This document shows positions 41,276 to 50,354 of a stretch of 64,000 nucleotides of DNA, in pieces. This DNA comes from an uncultured Ectothiorhodospiraceae bacterium (lineage in GTDB: Bacteria > Pseudomonadota > Gammaproteobacteria > UBA9214): contig CAMYMI010000001.1 in the NCBI GenBank assembly GCA_947259415.1, positions 100,880 through 164,879 of the forward strand, written 5' to 3'. The notes under the pieces were generated by a model that was given only the letters and a program-made list of their open reading frames with translations, was not told the DNA's origin and searched no databases. Position 1 is the stretch's first letter; each line of letters begins with the position of its first letter. Position numbers and translations under genes: made by a program.

Positions 41276-41383
41276 TGCCGTGAATGGGACAAGCTGATAG
41301 GCTTTAAGCAGTAGCCGGCCACAGCGCGTGCAGCGTCGTGTCCACGTCGACCTTGCATCGAAATACGGGATGACCGACTGACC

Positions 41384-42085
41384 ATGCAACGCAAGATCCG
41401 CGTACTGATCGTTGAAGACGAGGCCGCCATCCGCGACGGCCTGGTGGATGTATTGATATTCCATGGCTACGAAGCCGATTGCGCAGCTGACGGCAACTCG
41501 GGACTGGAGAAGGCGGTGAGCGGCCGCTTCGACCTCATCCTGCTCGATGTCATGCTGCCCGGCGTGAACGGCTTCGACATCTGCAACCGAATCCGCGCAC
41601 GGGACCCCGAGCAGCCAATCATCATGCTGACGGCCAAGACCAGCGATGAAGACATCATCCAGGGCCTGTCACTGGGTGCCGACGATTATGTCGCCAAACC
41701 CTTCTCGGTGACCCAGCTGATGCTACGCATACAGGCCGTGCTGCGCCGTGCGCGCATTGGCATCGAGTTGGATATGCAGATCCGCCTTGGTGACGATGTC
41801 GAGGTCGACACCCGCAACCTGCAGGGCACGCGCACCGGGGCACCACTGGCCTTTACCCGCCGCGAGATGGACATTCTGCAGTACCTGAATGCCAATTCGG
41901 AGCGGCCGGTCTCGCGCGAGGAACTGCTGACCAGGGTTTGGGGCTATGCCAGGGACATGAATATCGAGACCCGCACCGTCGACATCCATATCGCCAAGCT
42001 GCGCCGCAAGATCGAGCCCGAGCCCGCGCAACCGCGTTACCTGGTCACCGTGCGCGGTGCGGGATATCGGCTGTTGACGGAATAG
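41384..42085 (+). CDS. OmpR/PhoB-family response regulator
   Basis: REC domain (VLIVEDE, LILLDVMLPG, MLTAK) plus a winged helix (TRTVDIHIAKLRRKIE). Confidence 0.95.
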   Translation: MQRKIRVLIVEDEAAIRDGLVDVLIFHGYEADCAADGNSGLEKAVSGRFDLILLDVMLPGVNGFDICNRIRARDPEQPIIMLTAKTSDEDIIQGLSLGADDYVAKPFSVTQLMLRIQAVLRRARIGIELDMQIRLGDDVEVDTRNLQGTRTGAPLAFTRREMDILQYLNANSERPVSREELLTRVWGYARDMNIETRTVDIHIAKLRRKIEPEPAQPRYLVTVRGAGYRLLTE

Positions 42086-42086
42086 C

Positions 42087-44219
42087 GTGATGCGGACCGC
42101 ACTTACCGGACTGGATCGTAAACAGCTGCAGCGCTGGCTGGTTGTTTTTTTTCTGGCCCTGACCATCCCGGCGGGCATCCTGATCTACCAGGCGTACAGC
42201 CAGCTGAAGTGGGAGGCATTTCACCAGCACCGGCTACTGGCAGAGGAACTGGCCGCGCGCATCGACGGCCGCTACCGCCAGCTGCTCAATGAAGAAGAAA
42301 CCCGCTCCTTCACCGATTATGCCTTCCTGGTCGTGGCCGGCGACCCCGCCGCCAATTTCGTGCAGCGTTCACCACTGTCGGCCTACCCGGTCAGCACCGC
42401 CATTCCCGGGATGCTCGGCTATTTCCAGGTGGATGCCGCGGGCACTTTCAGCACCCCCCTGCTCCCGCAAGCTGGCGTGGAACCGGCGGCCTATGGCATC
42501 TCCGCGAAAGAGCACGATCAGCGGCTGGCACTTGCCGGGCGCATGCAACAGATCCTCGGCCGCAACCGGCTGGTACGTGACGAAGAGTCCGGCGCCACCG
42601 GCGGTAAGGCAGAGCACGCGCAGCCCGGCCCGCGCAGCGACAGGCCCGCTGCAGCGACCGCACCCGAAGCTGCCACTGACAAGAACCTTGCCGGTCGCTT
42701 GTCCCTCGATGATGCTGCCACCCATACCCGGCAGCCGGGACAACCGCCAGCCGGCCAGGCCGCCTTCGACCGTCTCAATAAGGCCGTCGCCCCACGGGAA
42801 CAGGAACTCAGGCAGAAACGCAGCAAGGCGCTGGGCCGGGTCGAGGACCTGCAGCTGGATTCACGTTTCCAGGCCCTGCCTGCCGAAGAGCGGCAAGTCG
42901 GGTCTGACGATACACAGGCACCACTGACGGAGAAACGCGCCGCCCGCAAGGAGCGTAGCGCCCTGCCGGAAGCGCTGCCTGGCACGGCACTCTCGCAGGC
43001 CGAACCGCTGCATGAGACTGAAACTGCCCTGGCGCCCTCGGCGCTATTACCGCTGCGCATCCAGACCTTCGAGAGCGAAATCGATCCCTTCGAGGTCAGT
43101 CTGCTCGACAGCGGCCATTTCGTCCTGTTCCGACGGGTCTGGCGTAATGGGCAGCGCTACATCCAGGGAGCCCTGCTCGAACAACAGCCGTTCCTGCAGG
43201 GCGTGATCCGGTCGACCTTCCGGGAGACCGCCCTGTCGCAGATGAGCGACCTGATTGTCGCCTACCAGGGTAATGTCCTCGCGGCATTCAGCGGCCAGAC
43301 CGCCAGCCGTTACCTGTCCAGCGCAGAGGAATTGCGTGGTGAACTGCTCTACCAAAGACGCCTGTCTGCACCCCTGAACGGGATGGAGCTGATCTTCAGC
43401 GTCAACCAGCTGCCTGCCGGGCCCGGCGGCAGAGTAATCAGCTGGGTTGCTGCCATCCTGATGCTGGTGCTGGTTGGTGGCTTCTACCTGATGTACCGCC
43501 TGGGCGCAGAACAGATCGATCTCGCGCGTCAGCAACAGGATTTTGTCTCGGCTGTCAGTCACGAACTCAAGACCCCGCTGACCTCGATTCGCCTCTATGG
43601 CGAGATGCTGCGCGAAGGCTGGGCCGATGATACGAAGAAACAGGCGTACTACGACTATATCTTCGACGAGAGTGAACGCCTGTCACGCCTGATAACCAAT
43701 GTGCTGCAACTGGCACGAATGACACGCAATGATCTCCAGATCGACCTGAAACCCGTTAGTGCGGGTGAACTGATGGATACCATACGTTCCCGGATCGGTG
43801 CCCAGGTTGAACGTGCGGGCTTCGAATTCATCCTGGACTGCACCGACGCTGCTGCCCGCTCCACCATCCGGGTCGATCCGGACTATTTCACCCAGATCAT
43901 CATCAATCTGGTGGACAACGCCATAAAGTTCTCTGCCCGGACCGAACGCCGCGCGATCGAGATTACCTGCGCACTTGGACAGTATGGCAGTGTGGTATTC
44001 ACAGTCCGCGATTACGGTCCCGGAGTCCCCCGCGACCAGATGAAAAAAATCTTTAAATTGTTCTACCGCTCGGAGAACGAGCTCACCCGTGAGACTGTCG
44101 GCACCGGGATCGGACTGGCACTGGTAAACCAGCTGGTCGTGGCCATGGACGGCGAGGTGGATGTCGTCAATAAATCGCCCGGCGCGGAGTTTCGTGTGTC
44201 TTTCACCGCGATCGGCTGA
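42087..44219 (+). CDS. Sensor histidine kinase with about 410-aa extracytoplasmic region
   Basis: Two TM segments flank a long sensor region. H box FVSAVSHELKTPLTSI, N box NLVDNAIKF, and G boxes RDYGPGV and GTGIGLAL. ATG at 42090 is an alternative to GTG 42087. Confidence 0.92.
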   Translation: MMRTALTGLDRKQLQRWLVVFFLALTIPAGILIYQAYSQLKWEAFHQHRLLAEELAARIDGRYRQLLNEEETRSFTDYAFLVVAGDPAANFVQRSPLSAYPVSTAIPGMLGYFQVDAAGTFSTPLLPQAGVEPAAYGISAKEHDQRLALAGRMQQILGRNRLVRDEESGATGGKAEHAQPGPRSDRPAAATAPEAATDKNLAGRLSLDDAATHTRQPGQPPAGQAAFDRLNKAVAPREQELRQKRSKALGRVEDLQLDSRFQALPAEERQVGSDDTQAPLTEKRAARKERSALPEALPGTALSQAEPLHETETALAPSALLPLRIQTFESEIDPFEVSLLDSGHFVLFRRVWRNGQRYIQGALLEQQPFLQGVIRSTFRETALSQMSDLIVAYQGNVLAAFSGQTASRYLSSAEELRGELLYQRRLSAPLNGMELIFSVNQLPAGPGGRVISWVAAILMLVLVGGFYLMYRLGAEQIDLARQQQDFVSAVSHELKTPLTSIRLYGEMLREGWADDTKKQAYYDYIFDESERLSRLITNVLQLARMTRNDLQIDLKPVSAGELMDTIRSRIGAQVERAGFEFILDCTDAAARSTIRVDPDYFTQIIINLVDNAIKFSARTERRAIEITCALGQYGSVVFTVRDYGPGVPRDQMKKIFKLFYRSENELTRETVGTGIGLALVNQLVVAMDGEVDVVNKSPGAEFRVSFTAIG

Positions 44220-44241
44220 GCAAATCAGGTCCGCAGGCGCT

Positions 44242-44496
44242 TCAGCGCTGGCGCTGCCAGATCAGCACCCCGTCCCTGAACACCTCCCTGATCCGGTGCA
44301 GCGGGATGCTGTGCAGTGCACCTGTATCATCTACCAGCTCGAATGAAAAATGGTCGTCGGCTTCAAAATACAAATCGGCCAGCGGAACCCGGATGATTCC
44401 ATCAGTCACCCGGTCATAGTAGCCGATGACAAAGTCCGCCCTGCCAAAATCCCTGTCCCAGCGGATCCGGCTGAGCAGTTCTTGTATCGGAATCAT
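44242..44496 (-). CDS. DUF504-like small protein
   Basis: 84 aa. The LLSRIRWD...IPLHRIREVFRDGVLIWQR pattern is typical of DUF504/UPF0248 as I recall it. Confidence 0.7.
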   Translation of the reverse strand: MIPIQELLSRIRWDRDFGRADFVIGYYDRVTDGIIRVPLADLYFEADDHFSFELVDDTGALHSIPLHRIREVFRDGVLIWQRQR

Positions 44497-44507
44497 CCAG
44501 TTACCCC

Positions 44508-45224
44508 GTGGCCCCGGTCACAAACACGGATTATTCACTATACTTCTGGCATATGTGCCTGCGTTCACTACTCATGATCGCCTGTCTCTGTCTGCTGCCT
44601 GAACCAGGGGGCACAGTCTCGCTGCATGCTGCGATAATGCCGGCAATGATTAACCCCGGGATGCCCGGGACCCTGGACAGGGAGCCGGCGGCCGGCATGT
44701 TCCTGGTCGCGCGGCGTGATCTCCAAGATCCCCACTTCAGCCGCAGCGTGATCTATCTGCTGGAGCATGGCCCGGGTGGGGCCATGGGACTGATAGTCAA
44801 CCGCCCCAGCGGGATTAAACTATCAGACGCCGTAAGCGACATCAGGGAGCAAGTCGCCGCCAGATATTCCCTGTATTTCGGCGGACCCGTGCAACATAAC
44901 CAGATCATCATGTTGATACGCAACGCCCGTCAGACCCGGCTGGTACAGCACATCGTCGATGATGTCTATGTCAGTGCCGACCGCAATGTAATGAACCGGT
45001 TGCTTGCCGAAAACAAACCAGAGGACGAACTGCATTTCTATCTCGGTTATACCGGCTGGTCGGCAGGACAACTCACCCGCGAACTGGAGCTTGACAGCTG
45101 GCATCTCGTGGAGGAAGAAACAAATACTATCTTCTCCACCGACCCTGAAACCCTTTGGAAGCGCCTGATCGAACAACTCGAGCCGGACGGCCTTTATGTG
45201 CTTGATCAGACCGGTCGGGCTTAA
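44508..45224 (+). CDS. YqgE/AlgH-family protein with N-terminal extension
   Basis: FLVARRDLQDPHFSRSVIYLLEHGPGGAMGLIVNRP and YFGGPV core motifs. The start is uncertain (GTG 44508 or ATG 44553). Confidence 0.85.
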   Translation: MAPVTNTDYSLYFWHMCLRSLLMIACLCLLPEPGGTVSLHAAIMPAMINPGMPGTLDREPAAGMFLVARRDLQDPHFSRSVIYLLEHGPGGAMGLIVNRPSGIKLSDAVSDIREQVAARYSLYFGGPVQHNQIIMLIRNARQTRLVQHIVDDVYVSADRNVMNRLLAENKPEDELHFYLGYTGWSAGQLTRELELDSWHLVEEETNTIFSTDPETLWKRLIEQLEPDGLYVLDQTGRA

Positions 45225-45325
45225 ACATCCCGGATAGTCTGGACACCTGTCTTGTCAGATCCTGCACTTATGCTCCCTGACCCAACCCGCGAAAAAGTGA
45301 GTCGGATGCCCCCGTGAAGTCCGAA

Positions 45326-45622
45326 CTAGTCAACGGGTCCTGATCCCAACGGGTCATTGTTGCGCAACTGTCGCAGCAGCCTGAATGGCAGACCCACAAG
45401 CAACGCCACGACAAGCGCCATAAAATACCCGACGATGGAGCTAATCAGCCAGAATGGATCTAGCTCCTCTATCTGGAGATAACCCGCGATCTGGGTCGCC
45501 ACAACCATGGCACCGGCCGCCAGAAACGATGCCAGGAAGTAGTGTTTGACGGCGAAGTGAACCCCGGCAGCGATAATGACCCAGACCATAAACAGCAGGA
45601 ATAATTGCATGCCGTCGCTCAT
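45326..45622 (-). CDS. Small membrane protein (3 TM), hypothetical
   Basis: 98 aa and hydrophobic. The start overlaps the stop of the upstream DUF1992 gene by 4 nt. Confidence 0.5.
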   Translation of the reverse strand: MSDGMQLFLLFMVWVIIAAGVHFAVKHYFLASFLAAGAMVVATQIAGYLQIEELDPFWLISSIVGYFMALVVALLVGLPFRLLRQLRNNDPLGSGPVD

Positions 45623-46005
45623 ACATATCCGCCCCGTCGTTGCCGTACCCTGCGGCGGAATTTTTCGAAGCAGACCTGTTGCAGTTGAAGATTCTCGGGC
45701 CCGCGCCGCGCCAGATTAAGAGAGGTCACCAGCGAGGCGATCCGCTGTAAGCAGTCTGAGCGCCGGTCCGGTTCCCGGGCCAGTGCCAGCAGCTGTTCGG
45801 CCCGGGAGATTTCCCGGTAGAACAGCACCTCAGGGGCCAGATAGCCAGAATTCCTGAGCAATCGGTAACCGGCGCGCAGCTCTTCGGGGACTGCGGCATG
45901 ATTATCCAGCACCAGCGGCCTGCCGGCACCTGGCAGGTTGTTGAACTCGCCGCGTGCCTGGGCCTCCCTGATGTGTTCTTCGGCCAGCCTGTCAATCAAC
46001 CACAT
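45619..46005 (-). CDS. DUF1992 (DnaJC28-like) domain protein
   Basis: IDRLAEEHIREAQARGEFNNLPGAGRPL signature. Confidence 0.8.
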   Translation of the reverse strand: MWLIDRLAEEHIREAQARGEFNNLPGAGRPLVLDNHAAVPEELRAGYRLLRNSGYLAPEVLFYREISRAEQLLALAREPDRRSDCLQRIASLVTSLNLARRGPENLQLQQVCFEKFRRRVRQRRGGYV

Positions 46006-46330
46006 ATCAGGTCCTGCAGGATTATTGGATCAGTCTGGCTGCGAGGCCAATGACCGGGACAGCAATCAAGGACAGACGATAATTCATTTTCCTGGACAGG
46101 ATCAATGATCAACTCTTCAAAAGACCAGATCCGGCCGCTGCGGATGCACTTATTCCTTGACAAAAAGGCAGGCTGGCGTACTTTAGGCTTGGCCTCACAT
46201 CCTGTGGCACTCATCGCCACCCTGTCCTGACCGGACAGCGATGGATGGGAATAATAAATACACTAGCCGCCGGCAGGTTCGCCCGTTATAGAGGCAGGAT
46301 AAACCCGTCAAACAGACCAGGAGGAACTCA

Positions 46331-46816
46331 ATGATCGTCAGAGAGATAATGAACCGTGAGGTGACTACCTGCAGACCAGAGGCTACGCTGGAAGCGGCCG
46401 CCATCCTGATGTGGGATAACGACTGCGGTACCGTGGCCGTCGTGGACGATGCCGGCAACGCGATCGGCATAATCACCGACCGTGACATCTGCATGGCAGT
46501 TGCCCTGCAGCACAGGCCCGCCAGCGATATACAGGTCCAGGAGGTCATGAGTCGCCAGCTGTTTACCTGCCAGCCGGAAAGCGACATCATGAACGCCCTG
46601 AAAACCATGTCATACCAGAAGGTACGTCGCCTGCCGGTGACCAATAGCAGCGGACAGGTGGAAGGCATCATATCCATCGAAGATCTCATTGCGAACGCCG
46701 AACGCGGCCGCCGGGGCATCCAGGTACCGGAATTGTCCTATGACGACACCATGACCACACTCAAGGCTGTATGCCGTACGCATCTCCCGAAGGGGGGCGC
46801 AATCGACGCCGGCTGA
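46331..46816 (+). CDS. CBS-domain pair protein
   Basis: VREIMNREVTTC, GIITDRDI, VQEVMSRQLFTC and RRLPVTN are typical tandem CBS motifs. GGAGGA RBS. Confidence 0.85.
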   Translation: MIVREIMNREVTTCRPEATLEAAAILMWDNDCGTVAVVDDAGNAIGIITDRDICMAVALQHRPASDIQVQEVMSRQLFTCQPESDIMNALKTMSYQKVRRLPVTNSSGQVEGIISIEDLIANAERGRRGIQVPELSYDDTMTTLKAVCRTHLPKGGAIDAG

Positions 46817-46874
46817 CTCACTTGTCCTGATTTCATTGTCATACTTTCGGACGATGTACTTAAGGACAATATAC

Positions 46875-46996
46875 AGACAACCTCTGACTAACTACCATTT
46901 TAACCAGTGGTATACACATAATAATAAACAGGTTGTCTCCATCGTATGCCACTAGCACGCCTCGATTCCACAATCCGAGGCGTGCTTCTTTTTTTT
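46875..46996 (+). ncRNA. Candidate structured RNA / 3'UTR element ending in an intrinsic terminator
   Basis: Perfect 9-bp long-range pairing AGACAACCT (46875-46883) with AGGTTGTCT (46930-46938), immediately followed by the terminator. No known family recognised. Confidence 0.2.
46954..46996 (+). terminator. Rho-independent terminator
   Basis: AGCACGCCTCG-loop-CGAGGCGTGCT is an 11-bp stem followed by TCTTTTTTTT. Confidence 0.7.
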
Positions 46997-47048
46997 ACGG
47001 ACCCGGGAAATCATCCCCGGCATTCAGCACCACTGGCCTGCAGCAGAC

Positions 47049-47471
47049 TCAATCGTCATAGATGTCCGGGTCATAGGCATTATTGATGGCGTAACCAATC
47101 AAACCACCCAGGACCAGGCCAATCAGCAGCTTCTCGTCGTCGTCATCATCGTAGCCATAGGCGTAGTTGTGCCTGTTGTAATGACGCCGGCCATGCTTGT
47201 AATGGTGCCGGTCTTGCTTGTAGTGACGCCGGTTATGCTTGTAGTGACGCCGGTCATGCTTGTCGGCGTATGCGTGGCGGCGCTTGTAATTGTGCCGGTC
47301 ACCATAGTGATCCTTCGAGTTATGCCGGGAATGCTGCCGGTCCTGGTGTGAACCGTAATCATGCCGGTCATGGTTACGGCGGTTGTCGTCAGCCAGCGCC
47401 GCGCCCGAACCGGCCAGAGAGATGGCCAGGACTGCAGCCAGCAGTGAAGGTACTTTGATATGCATTTTCAT
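47049..47471 (-). CDS. Secreted His/Arg/Tyr-rich heptad-repeat protein with C-terminal glycine-zipper segment
   Basis: Signal peptide ending AALADD, then DRRHYKH NRRHYKQ DRHHYKH GRRHYNR repeats, a DDDDDE run, and LLIGLVLGGLIGYAI. Confidence 0.7.
   Translation of the reverse strand: MKMHIKVPSLLAAVLAISLAGSGAALADDNRRNHDRHDYGSHQDRQHSRHNSKDHYGDRHNYKRRHAYADKHDRRHYKHNRRHYKQDRHHYKHGRRHYNRHNYAYGYDDDDDEKLLIGLVLGGLIGYAINNAYDPDIYDD
47178..47261 (-). repeat. 4 x 21-bp tandem repeat inside the His-rich gene
   Basis: Plus-strand units gtaatgacgccggccatgctt / gtaatggtgccggtcttgctt / gtagtgacgccggttatgctt / gtagtgacgccggtcatgctt each encode K-H-x-R-R-H-Y. More degenerate copies flank them. Confidence 0.9.
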
Positions 47472-47757
47472 GATTGACTCCTGGTCTTCCGGATTGCCTA
47501 TCTGTCGCTAACGCCAGGGGCCGAAAAAGGGTGACACGCCATTCTGTCATGCTACCGGGCAGCGCCTCGCCGGAAGCGGTTCAGGCCCGGGAAACTATGT
47601 ATATTATCTTTTTATATCTGTAAGTTGTCGGCTATACCTTATAGAAAATATAAATACCGACAGACCCTAATCCGGCCAGTAGCCGCGTGTCCGTGCCACC
47701 CGCTGAATGTGCCTTGCAAGCCGTGCGAAGCCCTTGCTGTGCGGGTGGATCTCGTCC

Positions 47758-48062
47758 GTTCACCAGACCGTCCTCGGGCGCCCGTTACCGGCAGGATCGT
47801 GCGCGTATCCGCAGCGACGAAGTGGCCAAACCAGTCCTTCAGAGGCTGCACCGGTCACGCAGTTTTTCAAAGCTGTCGTAGATCGGTGCAGCATGATCAA
47901 ATTCGGGGAATACCAGCAGGCGGACATCGAAGAACGGCTCGTGGCCGACTATGGCCTGCTCGGCGATGGTTCACATCCGCCGGGGCCGATCAACGATCGT
48001 GCGCGGTCTGTCGGGCAATCGAATCCCGTCTGGCAGCCTGCGGCGCAATACGGTTTACTCAT
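47758..48062 (-). pseudogene. Possible decayed carbon-nitrogen hydrolase (amidase/nitrilase superfamily) fragment
   Basis: The minus-strand frame reads ...LPDRPRTIVDRPRRM-TGA-TIAEQAIVGHEPFFDVRLLVFPEFDHAAPIYD, which resembles the AmiE region [47 protein letters not shown] with similar spacing. It has in-frame stops at 47971-47973 and 47839-47841, and a shifted continuation ..ILPVTGARG. Confidence 0.3.
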
Positions 48063-48126
48063 GCTGGAACCTGTGCGTTGTTCAACTGCACAGAGTGAAC
48101 CAAGACCCCGAAGAGACAGGGCTCCA

Positions 48127-49257
48127 CTAGATAAACAGGGTCAGCACACCGGTGTAACCGTACAGGCGATTGTGGGAGATCTCGCCGTTGCAGAAAAACC
48201 CGACCAGCGGGAAATCACCCAGCCGTTCTCGGATCATGTTTAGCTCCACCGAGTTTTCGCCGAACTGGTAGCGACCACGGCCCAGACAAGTGTAGTAGAC
48301 CCCGGCTCTGGGCACGCCCCCGGCCCGGCGGCCGAGATCATCGAGCATACGCTGCATGTCCTCGTGGGCACTGTCCCCGTCGCGGCGACAGAACATCACC
48401 GGATCACCGGACTCGACCAGGTCTCCGATCGCGACCAGCTTCTGTTCGGGGTCGATGCCGACCAGGTTACGCACCAGGTAGTCGCCGGTATCGGATCCAC
48501 GCACCGGCAGACCGGCAAAGATATAACCCGCCACGCGCGACAGGTTACGCGACAGTACATCACCGATGTCCTCGCGGAATACGTCCAGCGCGGGTCGATC
48601 GTCCAGCGTAACCAGTATATTGTTTCGACATTCCGTGACGGTATGCTTGCTGCCCAGCGGGGAAACGCCCTGGGTCAGACCGGTAATCACCGGGACGTCG
48701 GATGCCAGCAGGACGCCCGAGAGTCCGTTTTCACACAGGTTACCGGCGATCTGGATGTTGTTATCCTCGACGCCGGCAGAGGTCAGCCCGCCGACCAGGA
48801 AACCGGGATCCAGCCTCTCCGACAGGGACTCGATCAGTTGCGGTAGCTGCGCACTGCGTGGATCACCGTGCACGATCGCGAAGTGGGCACCCCGTTCATT
48901 AATCCAGCCACGGTTACGGTCAAGCATCTCGTTCGTGGCCACCACGCCGGGCGGGATTAGGCGGGTTGAGTCCTCCGGGAGATTCGCCAGCATGATGGCC
49001 GCGGCCGGCTCGTCGTAGATCTCCCGGCCGGTGCAGCAAATCCCCGCACCGACCGTGCCCACCCAGTCGTGGACGTCCGTCCGGGTGCGCAGGTGGCCCA
49101 GCAATTCGCCCAGTTGCGGGGCAAGCGGTTCGGTGACATACAGCCAGCCGAGGCTGGCGGGGAACGTGCCGTCTCCCAGTTCCTCCAGACAGCGGGCAGC
49201 AATTGACTGCCAGTCAGGACCGGTCGTACAGGCGGCAGCAAAGATCGACGAGTTCAT
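48127..49257 (-). CDS. FIST (N+C) domain signal-transduction protein
   Basis: 376 aa. Overall pattern of FIST_N and FIST_C, including the C-terminal GFFCNGEI motif. Confidence 0.8.
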   Translation of the reverse strand: MNSSIFAAACTTGPDWQSIAARCLEELGDGTFPASLGWLYVTEPLAPQLGELLGHLRTRTDVHDWVGTVGAGICCTGREIYDEPAAAIMLANLPEDSTRLIPPGVVATNEMLDRNRGWINERGAHFAIVHGDPRSAQLPQLIESLSERLDPGFLVGGLTSAGVEDNNIQIAGNLCENGLSGVLLASDVPVITGLTQGVSPLGSKHTVTECRNNILVTLDDRPALDVFREDIGDVLSRNLSRVAGYIFAGLPVRGSDTGDYLVRNLVGIDPEQKLVAIGDLVESGDPVMFCRRDGDSAHEDMQRMLDDLGRRAGGVPRAGVYYTCLGRGRYQFGENSVELNMIRERLGDFPLVGFFCNGEISHNRLYGYTGVLTLFI

Positions 49258-49360
49258 ACCGGGAGTATGGTATAGCCGTCTCTCCCGGGAAAGGATATTC
49301 CTGCTGGAAATTCACTCGGGCCGGTGTGGCCGGGTACACCAGCCCACCGGATGCAGCCTG

Positions 49361-50029
49361 TCAGTAGGTCCGGTTGTCCCTGAGCGAGTCAAGCTGCGCC
49401 TGCTGATTCGCCAGTTCATACTCCAGGTCACTGATGTCGGCCTCCACATCGGCGATCTCTACTTCAATCTCATGGACCTGGTACAGCAGCAGGACGCGTT
49501 GCTCGCTCCTGATCCCGTCCATGACCAGTTCTGACAGCTTGTGTTCCCGGTCATGCTCCAGTGTGCGTACCCGATGTCGCTGTTTATTAATAAGCGCCTG
49601 CGTCCTGTTGACCCCGGAGCTCGCCAGATAGATCTCTCTGCCGGCCGCATAGGCCGCATGGAAATCGGCCCCGGTAGCGGACGAACAGACTGCCGGGTAC
49701 CCATGGCCGATCTCGCCCAGGCGGTAGCCGTTTTCGGGCCGGCAATAATCCAGCAAACCCTCCTCCCGGCCGGCCTGGTACGCAGCGAGGTCCGGCACGA
49801 CCGCATGTTTTGCGCAGTCCTCGCGATACCTGCCCACCATGGAGGCGGATTTTCCGGCCACACCATCCTGGTAACCGATCAGACGCCAGTCCGCTACCCG
49901 ACATTCCTCCTTGCTGAGGGTCGCGCAACCGTTTAACAAGGCAACCATCATCAGCACGGCACCTAAGACCGGCAGCCGGTTATCAATCAGTGTCCTAAAG
50001 TTGGATTCACATAACATAACGATTTGCAT
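49361..50029 (-). CDS. DUF2799-like lipoprotein with C-terminal coiled coil
   Basis: Lipobox LLNGC and repeated Cys-containing units (ECRVADWRLIGYQDGVAG, YCRPENGYRLGEIGHGY). Confidence 0.7.
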   Translation of the reverse strand: MQIVMLCESNFRTLIDNRLPVLGAVLMMVALLNGCATLSKEECRVADWRLIGYQDGVAGKSASMVGRYREDCAKHAVVPDLAAYQAGREEGLLDYCRPENGYRLGEIGHGYPAVCSSATGADFHAAYAAGREIYLASSGVNRTQALINKQRHRVRTLEHDREHKLSELVMDGIRSEQRVLLLYQVHEIEVEIADVEADISDLEYELANQQAQLDSLRDNRTY

Positions 50030-50354
50030 CCCGGTCAGAGTGAGTTGATGTGTTGTTCAGTCGACGGTACTGACTTGCTGGTTAGCGGCCAATGACAGCA
50101 TTTCCTGAGCCTTCAACAGGAGCAGCATACGGTGTGCCTGCCAGGTCAAGCCGTTAACGTGATCCAGCGCACAAGTGACGCTGTCCCGCGCATCCCGCCC
50201 GCCGGTGCAGCACGCTCGCACCGGTTCAATCCACTGTCACATGCTAGAATCCGGCCAGCTACAAGAAATACACCCCGGCGTCGCTGCCGCACCCATCGCA
50301 CCCGGCTGCCCGGTGAAGACTCGCATCCGTCAGGTGTTCCAACTGCACGTACAC

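Noticed and set aside
41305-41321. Sigma54-like -24/-12 element (TGGCCGG-N5-TGCTT on the minus strand) upstream of the PspA-like gene, by analogy with E. coli pspA
   Set aside because: The GG-to-GC spacing is one nucleotide shorter than the invariant sigma54 spacing, and the -24 box deviates from TGGCAC. No PspF-like activator gene is present in the window.
47707-48243. 178-aa plus-strand ORF in the gap next to the FIST gene
   Set aside because: It overlaps the 3' end of the FIST gene in antisense and has no motifs and only moderate third-position GC. The opposite strand shows the CN-hydrolase-like remnant, which explains the region better.
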